Of a stretch of 64,000 nt of DNA, positions 23,813 through 36,522 are shown in pieces. Source of the DNA: Pseudovirgaria hyperparasitica (taxonomy: Eukaryota). The translations under genes were made by a program, and so were the position numbers. The notes beneath the pieces were generated by a model, which saw nothing but the letters and a program-made list of their open reading frames with translations, had not been told where the DNA came from and made no database searches. Where the stretch lies: the NCBI GenBank assembly GCA_010093815.1, contig ML996565.1. One strand, written 5' to 3'. Numbering within the stretch: position 1 is the first letter of the stretch; each line of letters opens with the position of its first letter.

Positions 23813-25571
23813 ATGAGCAAGATGTGGGAGGTCGATCCTGAGACCAGAAGCAAGGTCAGTCTTTTACTCGATTCACTTCTTTATAAGAATAAAACCCATC
23901 ATTCTTTTTATCTATATACCCACTCTCTTCTCCTTCTTCATCTACTCATCTCCTCCCTACCATGGATGCTGGCACATATCACTGGTACCAAGGTACCAAT
24001 GCTGACTGGATCGCTGACTGGACTCGATATCAGCTCCTGGAGATCCAAAAGATCAACGGCAACAACCAGTGCGTGGACTGCGGCGCACCAAGTCCACAAT
24101 GGGTACGTTGTTTCCCACCTGTACACTTTTGACTATCTATAGTCATGGCTAGCTCTGAGAAGATGCTCACATTTGTAGGCATCGCCCAAGTTTGGCATCT
24201 TTTTCTGCCTTTCTTGCTCCGGTGTACATCGTGGCCTTGGAGTTCACATTTCATTCGTCCGCAGCATCACGATGGATGCTTTCAAGAATGCTGAGCTCGA
24301 GAAGATGAGATGCGGCGGAAATCAACCTTGGCGTAACTTTTTCAATGCACATGCCAGCACAGCGCGTGATGGCCTAAGTTTTGACAACTGTAGCATCTCT
24401 CAACGATACGACTCCGAGGCTGGAGATGAATGGAAGGAGAGGCTAGCAGCAGCGGCTGAAGGCAGAGAGTATGTTCCTCAGCCGAGCACGAGGCGAGTGC
24501 GAGGGTCCGGGTCATCAAACGTAAGTAGAGCACAGACGCCACTGTCAAAGACAAGGAGCGCGGACATCCAAGGTGGTACTGCCGGTCGGTCAAGTTCACC
24601 ATCGTTAGGGACGTCGTCGCTAGGTAGCAAAAAAGCACAGAACGAAGCTTACTTCGCTAAAATGGGCGCCGACAATGCCAATCGACCGAAGGATTTAGCA
24701 CCTAACCAAGGTGGTCAGTATTCTGGTTTTGGAAGCGATCCATTTCCGGAAAAGAGGAGTGATGGCATCGTACCAGGAATAGATGACTTTCAGAAGGACC
24801 CGGTGGCTGCATTGACGAAGGGCTTCGGATGGTTGAGCTCTACGGTTGGGAAGGGCGCGAAGACAGGTTATGATGGCTGGGTCAAACCGGGCATGCAGAA
24901 GGTACATTGTTTTTTTCACGATATTGGGTTTTCTTGTTCGGCTCTTCTTGCGACTCTCTTGTCTTGTTTTTTCCTGTGTCACGAACTTATGTTTATGTTC
25001 TTGTTTTCTGTACTTGATAGACATCTCCTTTCCCGTCACGTTATCATGGTTCTCCTTTCTGCGCTACATGGCACTGCTACGTTCATATGTGACACCATAT
25101 TTCCTCACCCTTTATCACAACTACGTTGTTCCATTGTTTGCCGTTCCTGAATACATTTCTCGCCAAGTTTGCACGACTGACAAGTCATCGCAGCTCGCCG
25201 AATCAGACATTACGAATCAAGCCCGTCAGAACTTCACCACGCTCTCCACCAATCTCAACCAAGGTTTCCAGTCCTTTGTCGAAGGCTCTGACCAGAACCG
25301 TGCCGGTAGCTCCTCTGTCACTCGCGGAGCTAGCGCCGCCAACCCGGAGCGCAAGGACTTTTGGGACTCCTTCGGTGACGCCCCGAAGCCTACCGGCCAG
25401 CAGAAGGATTTCTGGGACGAGTTTGGTGCTGAACATGATGCGGGCCCTACTACCGCTACTACTGCGGGCCCGAAGCCGAAGAGTAGCGTGGGCACGGCGG
25501 CCATGAAGAAGACGGGCGGCGAGAGTACTAAGGGCGGCAAGGCGAAGGATGACGAGTGGGGAGAGTGGTGA
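23813..25571 (+). CDS. GCS1: ADP-ribosylation factor GTPase-activating protein (ArfGAP1 type)
   Basis: MSKMWEVDPETRSK|LLEIQKINGNNQCVDCGAPSPQW|ASPKFGIFFCLSCSGVHRGLGVHISFVRSITMD is the ArfGAP Zn finger. C-terminus ends DDEWGEW. Three introns, including 24902-25193. Confidence 0.95.
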
Positions 25572-25800
25572 GCTGGGTCCTCCTTACGCACGATGCCACG
25601 GTGATTAGCGAAGGTGAGCGAGAGGCGTGGTGAGGCAGTAGTATGGTGGCCGTCGATGCACTACCTGTTTAAGGTATCACGCAGTGCAGATCGCATATAT
25701 AGATAGATCGGACAGGGACAGCCTTGTTTACATGTCTGTGTGCGAACCTTGAAGTAAGCCGATGGACCATCCGGCGACGAGGTAGCGCGGAATTCAGACT

Positions 25801-25935
25801 ATATACACTCACCCGCATACATACATATACATATATATATATATCTATATATAAACAAACATACACACAGATATACACATACAGATACACAAATACAGAT
25901 ATACACATACAGACACACACACACATAAACATACA
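25801..25935 (+). repeat. Compound (AT)/(ATAC)/(AC) microsatellite
   Basis: atatacac...catacatacatatacatatatatatatc...atacacacagatatacacatacagatacac... low-complexity tract. Confidence 0.85.
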
Positions 25936-28204
25936 ACTTCACAGCCCAACAACACCCTAAAGAGACCACCAAAACCCACGAAAGACCAGCACTCCCACCC
26001 ATCAACACACATACAATGCCAGGGTTCTTCTAGATTACTCAACAGTCAAGGGGTTATTTTCCCCTTTCCATCTTAAAAAAAAACCAACCAACATTTGTGC
26101 GCCATCTGGGTGTTTTGGTGTTTTGGTGTTGGGGGCCGTGGGGACGGAGGGGAACCTAATGATCGTCGGGTCTTGCATTGACCGTTTTTGATTTCCAGTC
26201 AGCATGAATTGGAAGTGGGGAGGGAGGAAGGAATGATGGGAGGACCGGGGGAAAGGAAGGAGGGGTGGAGGAGGGAAGGATGTAAGCATGATGCTCGTGC
26301 GGCTCTATATCTATCCATCCATCCAGTACTGTGGTTCGGACTATCTGCCTGCCTATTACCTGCCTGTTTGCCCCTAGGTCCTACATACATATGTACATAT
26401 GCAGGAACAGGATCCGCCACGCGACTGTGGATGTATGGATGGATACATGCATAAAGGCTAAGTAGTTGCGTGTGTTGGTTGGCCTTTGTGCTATCTGCCA
26501 GCAGGGTGGTGCGCAAGGCAGGACAGGCAGGGCAGGACAATCAAGCGTTGAGGTTGAGCTTGTTAGCAGTGAGATCATATACGCATCTGGCTCTCCTAGG
26601 ATTGATTGACGCTGGGATGGTAACTTTACTTCCTTACTATTCTCCTGGCATTAGCATTGGCATGGCTTGGGCTGAGTCTGAACGGTCAATGAACAGACTA
26701 GAATAGCCTAGTCTAGCCCTGCCGTGCATGCGTGCCTATAAACGGTGTTGTCATCATACATATAATTACAGTATCCATACACAGAAGCACAAGGCTGCCA
26801 AGTATCCTGCCCGATCCAGATTGGATCTGAATCTGGTTCGTATTCGGCCAGCACCCAACACGCTCACTACCCCAACTGCCCGAGTCAGACTGCTGCTGCT
26901 GCCTGTACCTGGCCTTGCATCGCAATCCTTCTCAACGGGCGGCCGAGTAAATGTGTGGGGGAATGGCCTGGAACGGGGGTAGTGTAGCCTAATGATTGCT
27001 ATAGACGTGTGTGTGTCTGACGTTGGCGCGCTCGGAGCGGATCGTGGTCGGAGTTTTGTACTGTGGCTTACGTGATGGCTACTGCCTCGGTCGTATTGTT
27101 GTTATTGGGTACTTTGTGCGTCATGCATAGTTGGTTGTCTTGCTCGAGAGAGAGGATGATAGCGGCTAATTAGTGTAGCCTTGGGACATATATGTTAGCT
27201 CAGATGCGACGATGAGCATGAGTGTGTTTGTGCGGGTCTGCTACCTATCCATGGATGGAGCTAGAGGGCGGGATTCGGGAAAGCGGGAGTCGGGAGTCGG
27301 GCCGTTTGACGGACTACTAAATATATGTATGCCATTCTACGTTCGAGCCTTCAGGGAGACAACTCCGACTATTAATAGGTATGTGGCGATGGATGCGAAA
27401 TCTTAAGTTGTCGAAATGACTAATGAATTACCAAATGGATGGGAAACCAGGCGCTGGCAGAGGTATGTGCTCCAGACAATCTTTTTGTAGGCATGCACTT
27501 GCGCCACCGAGCGAATGAAGGGAATTTGTAACACTCCCGATGAAAGCACAATAGCTGTGAAACCTCGCTCTAAGAGAAATGCATAGCATTTGAATCGCAA
27601 CATAGATTGGATATTTGGGGCTGGTCTCGTAGCAGTAGGCCAATGAAATTGTCGTTGTTCGCGTCGATTGTTGACAATGCACACGCAGTGCTCGACGTGG
27701 ATGATAGGCAGATCCATGCATAGGTATAAGTTCATATTACTGCTGTATACTTCTCGTGATTTCCACCCCCCGGATACCAACATGTCCAGGCCCGTCGCGA
27801 ATCATGCGTGCCTTTGACAGATATTGATCGAGGATACTATTTCGAGTGCCTGAAAGATTAACACTTCCACCGAGGCTTCATGGCTCTGAGTGCAGATCAA
27901 ATGAGATTCGGTGTGCATCCCAAGCGCATATGCTAGAGATCTGGAATAACCAAGCCGAGTGTATAGTGGACAACGCCTGACGTATGAACAACTAAATATG
28001 CACGGTGAATGACCAAGAGTGCTGAGCACCGCCCTGCTGAGCCTCACACTATCACGGTGTTCTGATCGACGACTCCATGAAGTACTTGTGCCAGTCAGAT
28101 GTTCCAAGAGGGCGCATTTCAAGGGGTATCCAGATTTGTAATGAGCATTGCAAACCCGTGAGCTTCCAAAGTGCAACCACTGGTGGCATACTATATTTCG
28201 ACAT

Positions 28205-30390
28205 CTACCAAGTCTCTTGCTTATACCGACCTGTCTTCTCCATGTTTGCAAGATATAGCTCTGCTTCTTTGCGCTGAAACCTACCTTCTTGTTGAAATAC
28301 TTCTATTAATGCTTCACGGACTGCTTGTGGCATTTTACCAGACGACCTATGCAATCAATGAGCAATGCAATGAAGACACAGCGGAGTCAGAGCGCTCACT
28401 TACCCGCAAACGTAGACCAAGCCGTCGTTGGTGTCAACTGCGCTGAAAACCTGATGGGCGTATTTGCGTATGAGATCTTGTACGTAAACCTTCTGTCTCT
28501 GTGAACAGTTAGCGAAGCACTTCCTCCGTTGTAGAAGCTGTCCACGCACCTGATCTCGCGAAAAGGCCGTGAATATATCTAGTGTACGCTTTTGTGAGAA
28601 CGAATGCCACTCTCGCTCGAAGAAATAGTCTGATGCTCTGTTTCGACATCCAAAAAACAAGATATCCCTTGATCTACTGGAAGAGCTGAAGCGGCCTTTG
28701 TTGTCTGAGTCCACCTCGTCCAGGTACATGTCGCGCTCGTGAACAAGTGACCGCAGGGGCGCAATGCCTGTACCAGGACCTATCATGATGACAGGTTTGT
28801 TCAAATCCTCGCGCTTCACACTTAGGCTGCCTCGCTGCAGGGTAACGCTTAATTTAGATCCAGGGCGAAGCGTTGCCACGTACCGCGTGCAGACACCTTG
28901 ACGGACGCGTTTTATGACCGTACGATACTTGACGATTGCGATGAGCAGCTCAATATTTGTAATAGCTGGACCCCGCTTCAGATTGCCTCCGCTTGCTATG
29001 CTGAACTGTCTGCCTCTAATCGTAGGGACCAGACTGCATACAGACTGCCACGGCACCTTTACGGTCTCGAATTCCTGAAGTACTTCCAAGATGCTTCGTC
29101 GCGGTCGCGTAGTGTAGTCATAGAGCTCATCGATATATTGTGGGTCGGTGAATTCCAAAAGGCGATTGTGCTGGAAGTTATCTTCTGTGAAATGTGAAAG
29201 GATGGCGAAGAACGATCGGCGGGGAATTGCCATGATATCTAGATGGTTTGTGAGCAGTAACCTTAGGGTCAGCGGTCGCGAAGTATCTATGTTCTTGACA
29301 GGGGGCGACGGGTATTCAGGACTTTCAGCATGGTTTTGCATAGTCGGGTGGAAACAAAGAGGTTCGTCTGCAACCGATGTCCATTTCATGATATCGAGAA
29401 AATTTGAGACGTCTGAAGGGAAGTTTTTCGGATAGATAGTCAGCACATCACCCGGACTGTAGCTGACTGGCGGTGTCGACAATGTCAAATGCCGTACATC
29501 TTGCCAATGAGAGGTTGCTGTCACCCGCTCATTTGTCTCTACTTTAGCTACCAGCCCACTAGGTATTGACAGGAGACTGTCGTCGGGCTGGTCATCATAA
29601 GCCTGTCTCCCACTTATAGGAGGATTTATAGACATGCTTGTCGCTTGATCTGCTTTTAGCAGCTGGAGTTCCCATTTTGGTCGAAGGAGCACATTATTTG
29701 GTATAGGGGTGACGCCCTCAGGCAGAGGATAATCGTTGCATATGCGCTCATATAAGCCAATGGACCACGGTAGGAAAGAGCCATCAATGCTTTAAAGTCG
29801 TCAGGCTTACATGCATGACTTGTGCGAATATGCGACTCACCCCTCTGGATGTTGCTCATCAGATTCTCCCCGATCGTAAATTGGAATTGCACCAAGCTGT
29901 ACTAGACGGTTAAACAATTTGCGATGTGCCCAGTTGAACCTGTCAAAATTAACATGTTTGCATCTTTGGCGTGCTAGGAATGATTTGATATTACTGGGGA
30001 TACGAGCTATCGCCCAGGCCAAAAGACACGAAGTTGACTTTTTGCAGGCACCCTGGGCGCAGACGAGCACTCCGGATAGACTTCCAGAACGACTGTGCAT
30101 TGGCTGGTAAGTCGCCTTGACCGGTGGTCGATATAGCGAATAGAACGATTGTGTGCTTGAGTAGCTGATTCTACAAGCCCATCGGGTCAGAGCATTGGAA
30201 CGAAGCGTTGCGGATCGACTTCGTGAACACATACGAGGCTACAATTGTTCAATTCTAAGACACGCGTAGCAAAGCGAAGTCTCTCGGTGAGGCGCCCAAG
30301 TTCTTCAGCTATGTCCTGAGCGCTACCTGTTTCAGAGCCATATAGCACGAGAGCGCTGCGCCCTGGCACAGGATCCTGGGACAAGGCCAT
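28205..30390 (-). CDS. TAH18: NADPH-dependent diflavin oxidoreductase 1 (cytosolic Fe-S assembly)
   Basis: Flavodoxin motif LVLYGSETGSAQDIAE; also FNWAHRKLFNRLVQLGA, HWQDVRHL, RQFSIAS, MIGPGTGIAP, FFGCRN and VYVCG|SSGKMPQAVREAL. Ends RYKQETW* (TAG at 28205-28207). Confidence 0.95.
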
Positions 30391-31138
30391 GCGTGGAAAT
30401 GAGCAGACGGTGTGATGATAGCGCACACAAAGAATTTGCGTGGTACTACAGGATTCAGACTGCTTAGGGATTTTGGTGGATCTAGCTCATCATGCGACAC
30501 CAGTGTTGCTCCACCGGTGCCTCCAGGACTTACGGAAGCAAGTATTGGATGGCCAGGGAGTGTAGTGTGGTGAAAAGGAGAATGTGAAGGGAGTCGGGCT
30601 GCTGTGTGTTCGTGAGTGACTAATAAGTGTTTACCTAGGTATTGGTTGTTTAAGCTGCGAACGGCAACCGGCGACTCAAGGAGAGAAGGCGCCACCTTCA
30701 CCACAGCAGGCAAGCACAGGGCAGTCACCCCCGGGCACCCACCATACGCCCTTGCTCGCTAAACCGCATGCGGAAGCCACCCACAGGCCATGTAAGTAAA
30801 TTTATTCCGCCTCACAACAACGCCTCTCCTTTCCTCTTCTCTTCTCTCCACCAAACCTTCATCACAAGAACTAAACCAAACACTCTACTTTCAACTTCAC
30901 CTGTATTCGGGCACTTAGCTTCCCAAAAACAACTCCCTCTCGTCAATCGTCCCTCCAGCTCAGGCGGCCTTACGACAAGTTTCAACCTCTTAATCTTTAC
31001 AAACTTTCCAAGGCAGACAGCAGTCTACCCAGGACCCCACAAGTTTCCTCAACTTTCTGCACGGTACCCAGACACTCCTTTCTCGAGTGTCTTCATCTTC
31101 TTTGCACACCTCGTGTCATCAAAATCAAAACTTTCAAA

Positions 31139-32346
31139 ATGTCCGCCACTGTCGACAGCATCACCGCCCAGACGGCAAGCACTACCCTCAACGACACCAC
31201 TCCAGCTCCCGCTGAAAAGCCTGCGGCCGAAAATGAAGCCGTCATCGCTAGCGCTGCTGAGGGTAGGAGACTTTATATCGGGAACCTCGCGTACGCGACC
31301 ACTGAGGGGGAGTTGAAGGAGTTCTTCAAGGAATTCTTGGTGTACGTTTCATATCTAACAAGTCGCATCGTGCCTTGCACTGACGGACTCACAGCGAGTC
31401 CACCTCTATTCCCACAAACCCACGCACCAACCGGCCTGTTGGCTACGCTTTTGTTGACCTCTCCACTCCATCCGAGGCCGAGCGTGCCATCTCTGAGCTC
31501 AACGGCAAGGCCATCCTTGAACGCAAGGTGTCTATTCAGTTGGCGCGCAAACCTGAGGCTCACACTGAGGGCGCTGAGGGTACCAACGGAACCAAGGCTC
31601 GCAAGGACTCAAAGAAGGAGAAGCCCCGCCGCAGCAAGAGTGCCGCAGCAAAGGTACGTCACACCCTTTTACTTGTTCCGGCTCTGGACTTGCGATAGCT
31701 GACTGACACTCTAGAAGGATGGCGCTGCCCCCACTGAGACCGCACCTACAAATGTACCCGGCCAAGTTGCCCCTGCGCTTACACAAACCACGAACGAAGC
31801 ACTGACTAGCCAGGATGGCGCTGAGGGCACCACTACTGTGAACCCAAAGGCGGCCAAGACTCCAGTTCCCCGCAAGCAGCGCGGCCCTCCTGAGGACGGT
31901 GTTCCGTCCAAGACGAAGGTCATGGTTGCCAATCTGCCTTACGATCTCACCGAGGAGAAGGTACGTTACCCATTCAAACCTGGAGGTATATCATGCTGAC
32001 CTTGCCGTAGCTCAAGGAAATCTTCATCGACTACCAACCCTCTTCGGCCAAGATCGCCCTTCGTCCCATTCCCCGTTTCATGGTGAAGAAGCTTCAAGCC
32101 CGCAATGAGCCCCGCAAGGGTCGTGGTTTCGGTTTCGTTACTCTTGCATCTGAGGAGTTGCAGCAAAAGGCTTGTGCTGAGATGAATGGAAAGGAGATTG
32201 AGGGCCGCGAGATTGCCGTCAAGGTTGCTATCGATTCTCCAGGAAAGGAAGACGACCCTGAGGCCTCCATCGAGGCCACTGGTGAGGAAGCCCCTTCTAC
32301 CGCTGAGGCATCTGGTAGCGTCGAGGCCCCGACCGCCACTGCATAA
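31139..32346 (+). CDS. Two-RRM RNA-binding protein (RNP-domain protein, possibly Sbp1-like)
   Basis: RRM1 RRLYIGNLAYATTEGELKEFF...VGYAFVDL and RRM2 TKVMVANLPYDLTEEK|LKEIF...KGRGFGFVTL. Three canonical introns. Confidence 0.9.
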
Positions 32347-33220
32347 ATCGCTCCGGTGACACGATGAAGAGGCAAAGAAAGCCCGCTTGCGAGCACAATT
32401 GTTTCTCACATCACATCGTAGTCTCTATCTGAGGGACGTTGTGTGGATCGCGCATCCAGACTTTTGTGTCTCCCTAAGCATGATTATCGTCTTCATTCGT
32501 TCGCTCGTTATGATAACGTTCTCCATGATTGAGCCTGGCAGGCAGAAATGTGCATGGAATGCAACTACACAAAAATACCTACTATACCAGTTTTGGTTGT
32601 ATCTTCTTGACATGTCCTTAAAAGCTTAACATATTTTCCATCTGTCCTCTCGTTTCAAAGCCGTGAATGGTCGGACATTACACCCTGTATTTTATGCTTT
32701 CCTTCGCGCTTTCACCCAAAAGGTCTGGGAAAGGTTAGACTATGGGCATGGGTATGATGTCCTTTTTCGGAGTTGAACGAAATAGGGTCGGGAGAAAAGT
32801 TAGGTACTGATAGAATTTAATTGACGACTTCTGGATGCGAAAAAGACTACTCAATAATTATCTCTACTTGTTCGCTTGTTTGTCCATCGACATGCATGTA
32901 CATCTTCGAACACATGTGATTTTTAAATGAGCGAGCCTGGCCTGTGCATCGTGAAAGTTAGTGTAGCTTCCGAAGCTTTGAGCCGAGCTTAGTGACGAGG
33001 GCCTCACTCCGCAGGCTTTTGCCTAGTCCCGTCTCCAGCATCCTCATTCTCAGCTATATTGGAACGGTTCGACATTCTGATTCAGATACGTACATATAGA
33101 CTCACTTAGGTAGTGACCGACTACCAGTCCTCTCTTCCATAGCTTCCTCTTGAAGAACATCGTCAGTGGGGAACGTCGTCATTCAAAACCTCCAAGACTG
33201 GCACCTTGTACTTGAGCATC

Positions 33221-34085
33221 ATGGCCTCTCTCAAAATCCTCGTGCCCGTAAAGCGTGTGATCGACTACGCCGTAAGCCATCAGAGTCTTCCACTTGCCAC
33301 AGACTCAGTACTGATCCAGTGAATCACAGGTTCGGCCCATGGTCAACAAAAGCAAAACAGGCGTCGTGACCGCAAATATTAAGCACTCCCTCAATCCCTT
33401 CGACGAGCTGTCCATCGAAGAAGCCGTGCGACTACGCGAGCGCAACACGAAAGATGCATCGAAATTCCCGCACAAAGTCGAACGCATTACCGCGCTCGCG
33501 GCCGGCCCGGCGAAAGCCCAGGATCAGCTGCGCACAGCGCTTGCCATGGGCGCCGACGATGCAATTCATGTGCAGACGGACGTCGGTCAAGAGAGTGGCA
33601 CAGGTGGTCTAGAGCCGCTGGATGTGGCAAAGCTCCTCGCAAAGGTCGTTAAAGATGAGGGCACAAACCTCGTCATCCTTGGCAAACAATCCATTGACGA
33701 CGACAGCGGGCAGACAGGGCAGATGCTCGCCGGACTGCTGGGCTGGCCACAGGCTACGCAAGCCAGTAAGATTGAATTCCCGAGTGAAGGCGAAGTGCAG
33801 ATTACCAAGGAGGTCGATGGGGGCGTGGAGACGGTCAAGGCGAAGATTCCACTTGTGATCACGACGGATCTACGGCTGAATGAGCCGCGGTATGCGAGTC
33901 TGCCGAATATTATGAAGGCGAAGAAGAAGCCGTTGAAGAAGGTCAGTTTGGAGGACTTGGGGATCGAGGCGGGGGGCAGATTGAAGGTGCTTAAGGTAGA
34001 AGAGCCACCGGCGAGGAAGGGGGGCGTCAAGGTCGAGGATGTAGATGGGATGATTGCGAAGTTGAAGGAGTTGGGTGCATTATAG
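33221..34085 (+). CDS. CIR1: Electron transfer flavoprotein beta subunit
   Basis: MASLKILVPVKRVIDYA|VRP...SLNPFDELSIEEAVRL, LGKQSIDDDSGQTGQMLAGLLGWPQAT and DLRLNEPRYASLPNIMKAKKKP. Confidence 0.96.
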
Positions 34086-34762
34086 AGAGACTGGGGACAT
34101 AACGATGATATGTACATAGATTTGGTTTGTATGCAGATACGAACTCTACAAGCAGAGCTGCTGATCATCGGACTTCGTGCTTCATCTGCGCTGGTAGACT
34201 CTTCACAACCTCCAACAATGCTCCTAAAGCAGTTATAGTGTCTATAATCTGAGCACATGACTAACATCGTAATTCTATTTCAGAACATGGTTGTCTTTAC
34301 CATCACCAATATAATACTATTTAGTCCACAACACACAGTGCGATTTAACCAACCCACTAAACATACATCCAAACAAAGAAAGCCATATCTGCCCATTCAA
34401 CGTTTCGTTCCTCCGCCTGCGATAGGAAGATTGCAGCACAGTATGATCTGTTAGCACATGACGTCCTTTTCTTCTACACAGGTCAGATCGGCTCGGTAGC
34501 AAGTTTGTATATACAAGTGGAGTCCCGAGCATTGACATATCATTTTGTTTCTTATCTAGTTTTCTAATCTTTGATTTTTGGGTTGTCACTTGTATGGGTG
34601 AGCATGGAATGGATATATGACAACATGAAGAGATAATGATAATGGCGATGATGAAGATCATAAGATCGTATATTGATTGGTATGTAAAAAAAAGGTTCAT
34701 GCTAATATCTTGATCAGGCGTTCTTCGGCATAATGATAATAGCTACGACGCTAGAGAATCAA

Positions 34763-35630
34763 CTAGTAGTCGTTGTCACGACGCGAAGACCCGTACGAGT
34801 CTCCGCCAGTGTTCCCGCCATATCCAGAGGTGTTAGTGTTGGAATCACGGGAGTCCGAGCCATAGCTCTCTTTATTACGGCTGCTTCCATACGAATCGTT
34901 GTCATTGTTGCTACCGTACGAGGACGTTTCCTTGCGGCTGGAACCGTAGCTATCGTTGTCATTGTTGTTGCCGCCGTAAGAGGAGGTTTCCTTGCGGCCT
35001 GAACCGTAGCTGTCGTTGTCGTTGCTGTTGCCTCCATAAGAAGAGGTTTCCTTGCGGCTTGAACCGTAACTGTCGTTGTCGTTGTTGTTGCTGCCCCCGT
35101 AGGAGGAGGTTTCCTTGCGACTAGATCCATAACTGTCATTATCGTTGTTACCACCATATGAGGATGTCTCTTTGCGGCTGGAGCCATAGCTGTCGTTGTC
35201 ATCGGAGCGCTTAGAGCTACCATAGCTGTCGGACGAATTGCCGTAGCCTTGCTTCTCGCGACCCTTTTGCTCAATCTTGTCATTGTTCATCAAGTCACCA
35301 GCTTTCTCCATAAGCTTGCCGACGGTGGATCCTGATGTATGTTAAGGCTAGGTGATAGTGGAAATGGCATTGGAGGCTGTACCTTTCTTATTGCTGCTGT
35401 CGTCATCATCATCATAGTTTGACTTGTTTCCGTAGCTAGTACCGCTAGGATTACCGCTTCCATAGCTGTTGGTGTTCTGGCCAACATAGGAGTCGGAATC
35501 ACCACCGTAGTTGTCGTCCGAGGACTTTTTACCGTAGCCGGAGCCGTAGGTATCAGAGTTGTCATTCTGTAGGACGATTAATACAACTCAAGAGATCATG
35601 AGTCGGGATGCATCTTACGTTGTAAGACAT
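34763..35630 (-). CDS. Hydrophilin-like Ser/Gly/Asn/Asp/Tyr-rich tandem-repeat protein (~254 aa)
   Basis: Exons 35630-35619, 35566-35383 and 35331-34763 total 765 nt in frame. Central motif GSTVGKLMEKAGDLMNNDKIEQKGREK is flanked by SYG repeats. Confidence 0.85.
34858..35200 (-). repeat. Coding minisatellite, five ~57-60-bp units
   Basis: Five copies of DNDSYGS(S/G)RKETSSYG plus a degenerate sixth. Confidence 0.9.
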
Positions 35631-36522
35631 AATGTATGGATTGAACCTTTTGGGTAGTGTGGAAGAGTAGACTTGTGAAGGAAGATCAGAATAGGAGTGG
35701 AGATGCAGAATATCGATTGGATGGGGGACGGCAACGCTTCTTATACCAATTCTGGTATGCGTGAAATTCAAGCAGGCCGTCGTTGGGACTTCGGCGGCAT
35801 GGACATACGCAGGCAAGCCGGAACATGGCGTCACATGCGGAGCACAGGATTCGAGAACTGGACAATTACAAACAAGGTTGAGGACCGGCTTGGGTGGTTA
35901 CTACAGGAGGATTCTCAGGCACTTCGACCACTAACAAGTGCATATGCGGCACGAGCGGTGGTATCGTGTGGTCTAGAATGGATAGAGGGGCGTTAGCGCC
36001 TGTGGCAGTACACAACTCCAGCTGGACGGAGGACGAATCTACCGAATCGCGAGGGCTTTGGAGGAGTCTGGACTATGAATTGTATGCGGGATATGTATTC
36101 CCATGCCTTAATTGTTGACAGCCTAGTGTCTGGTCCCCCGATCGCTTGCCTGTGAGGCGCACGTCATGGCTCATTGCGGGGTGCGCTAATTGACAGACCT
36201 CAACCGGAGAAGGCAGTAAACATGTTCGCAATGAGGCAGGCGCAGCCGTTCGTGGGAAGTGATCGGAGGGTTCAGTGGAAAAGATCTACCGATCTGATGT
36301 TGGGGGCTTCAAGCTTCGCGGAATTATAGTCGATCGAATGTGTTGAAGATCGAGATAAGGCCGCGACAGTGAAAATCGACTTCGCTGAGCACCAACAATC
36401 CTTGGACAGCTGCATCTGCAGCCACAGTGGCTATTGACCCCCCAATTCGTGGCGCCTACAGCACCAGCCACGGTGAGGCGCGGCCACGCCGGAGGTCTTC
36501 CGTGGGCTAGACCGAGACTCAT

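Noticed and set aside
25669..27400. Multiple ORFs between GCS1 and TAH18
   Set aside because: They are translations of microsatellite and low-complexity DNA, with no convincing spliced product. A lncRNA cannot be excluded.
34858..35200. Repeats read as a CRISPR array or as a Kex2-processed RiPP/KEP precursor
   Set aside because: The genome is eukaryotic and the repeats are in-frame with no unique spacers. There is no signal peptide, the sites are RK rather than KR, and no DUF3328 or tyrosinase genes lie nearby.
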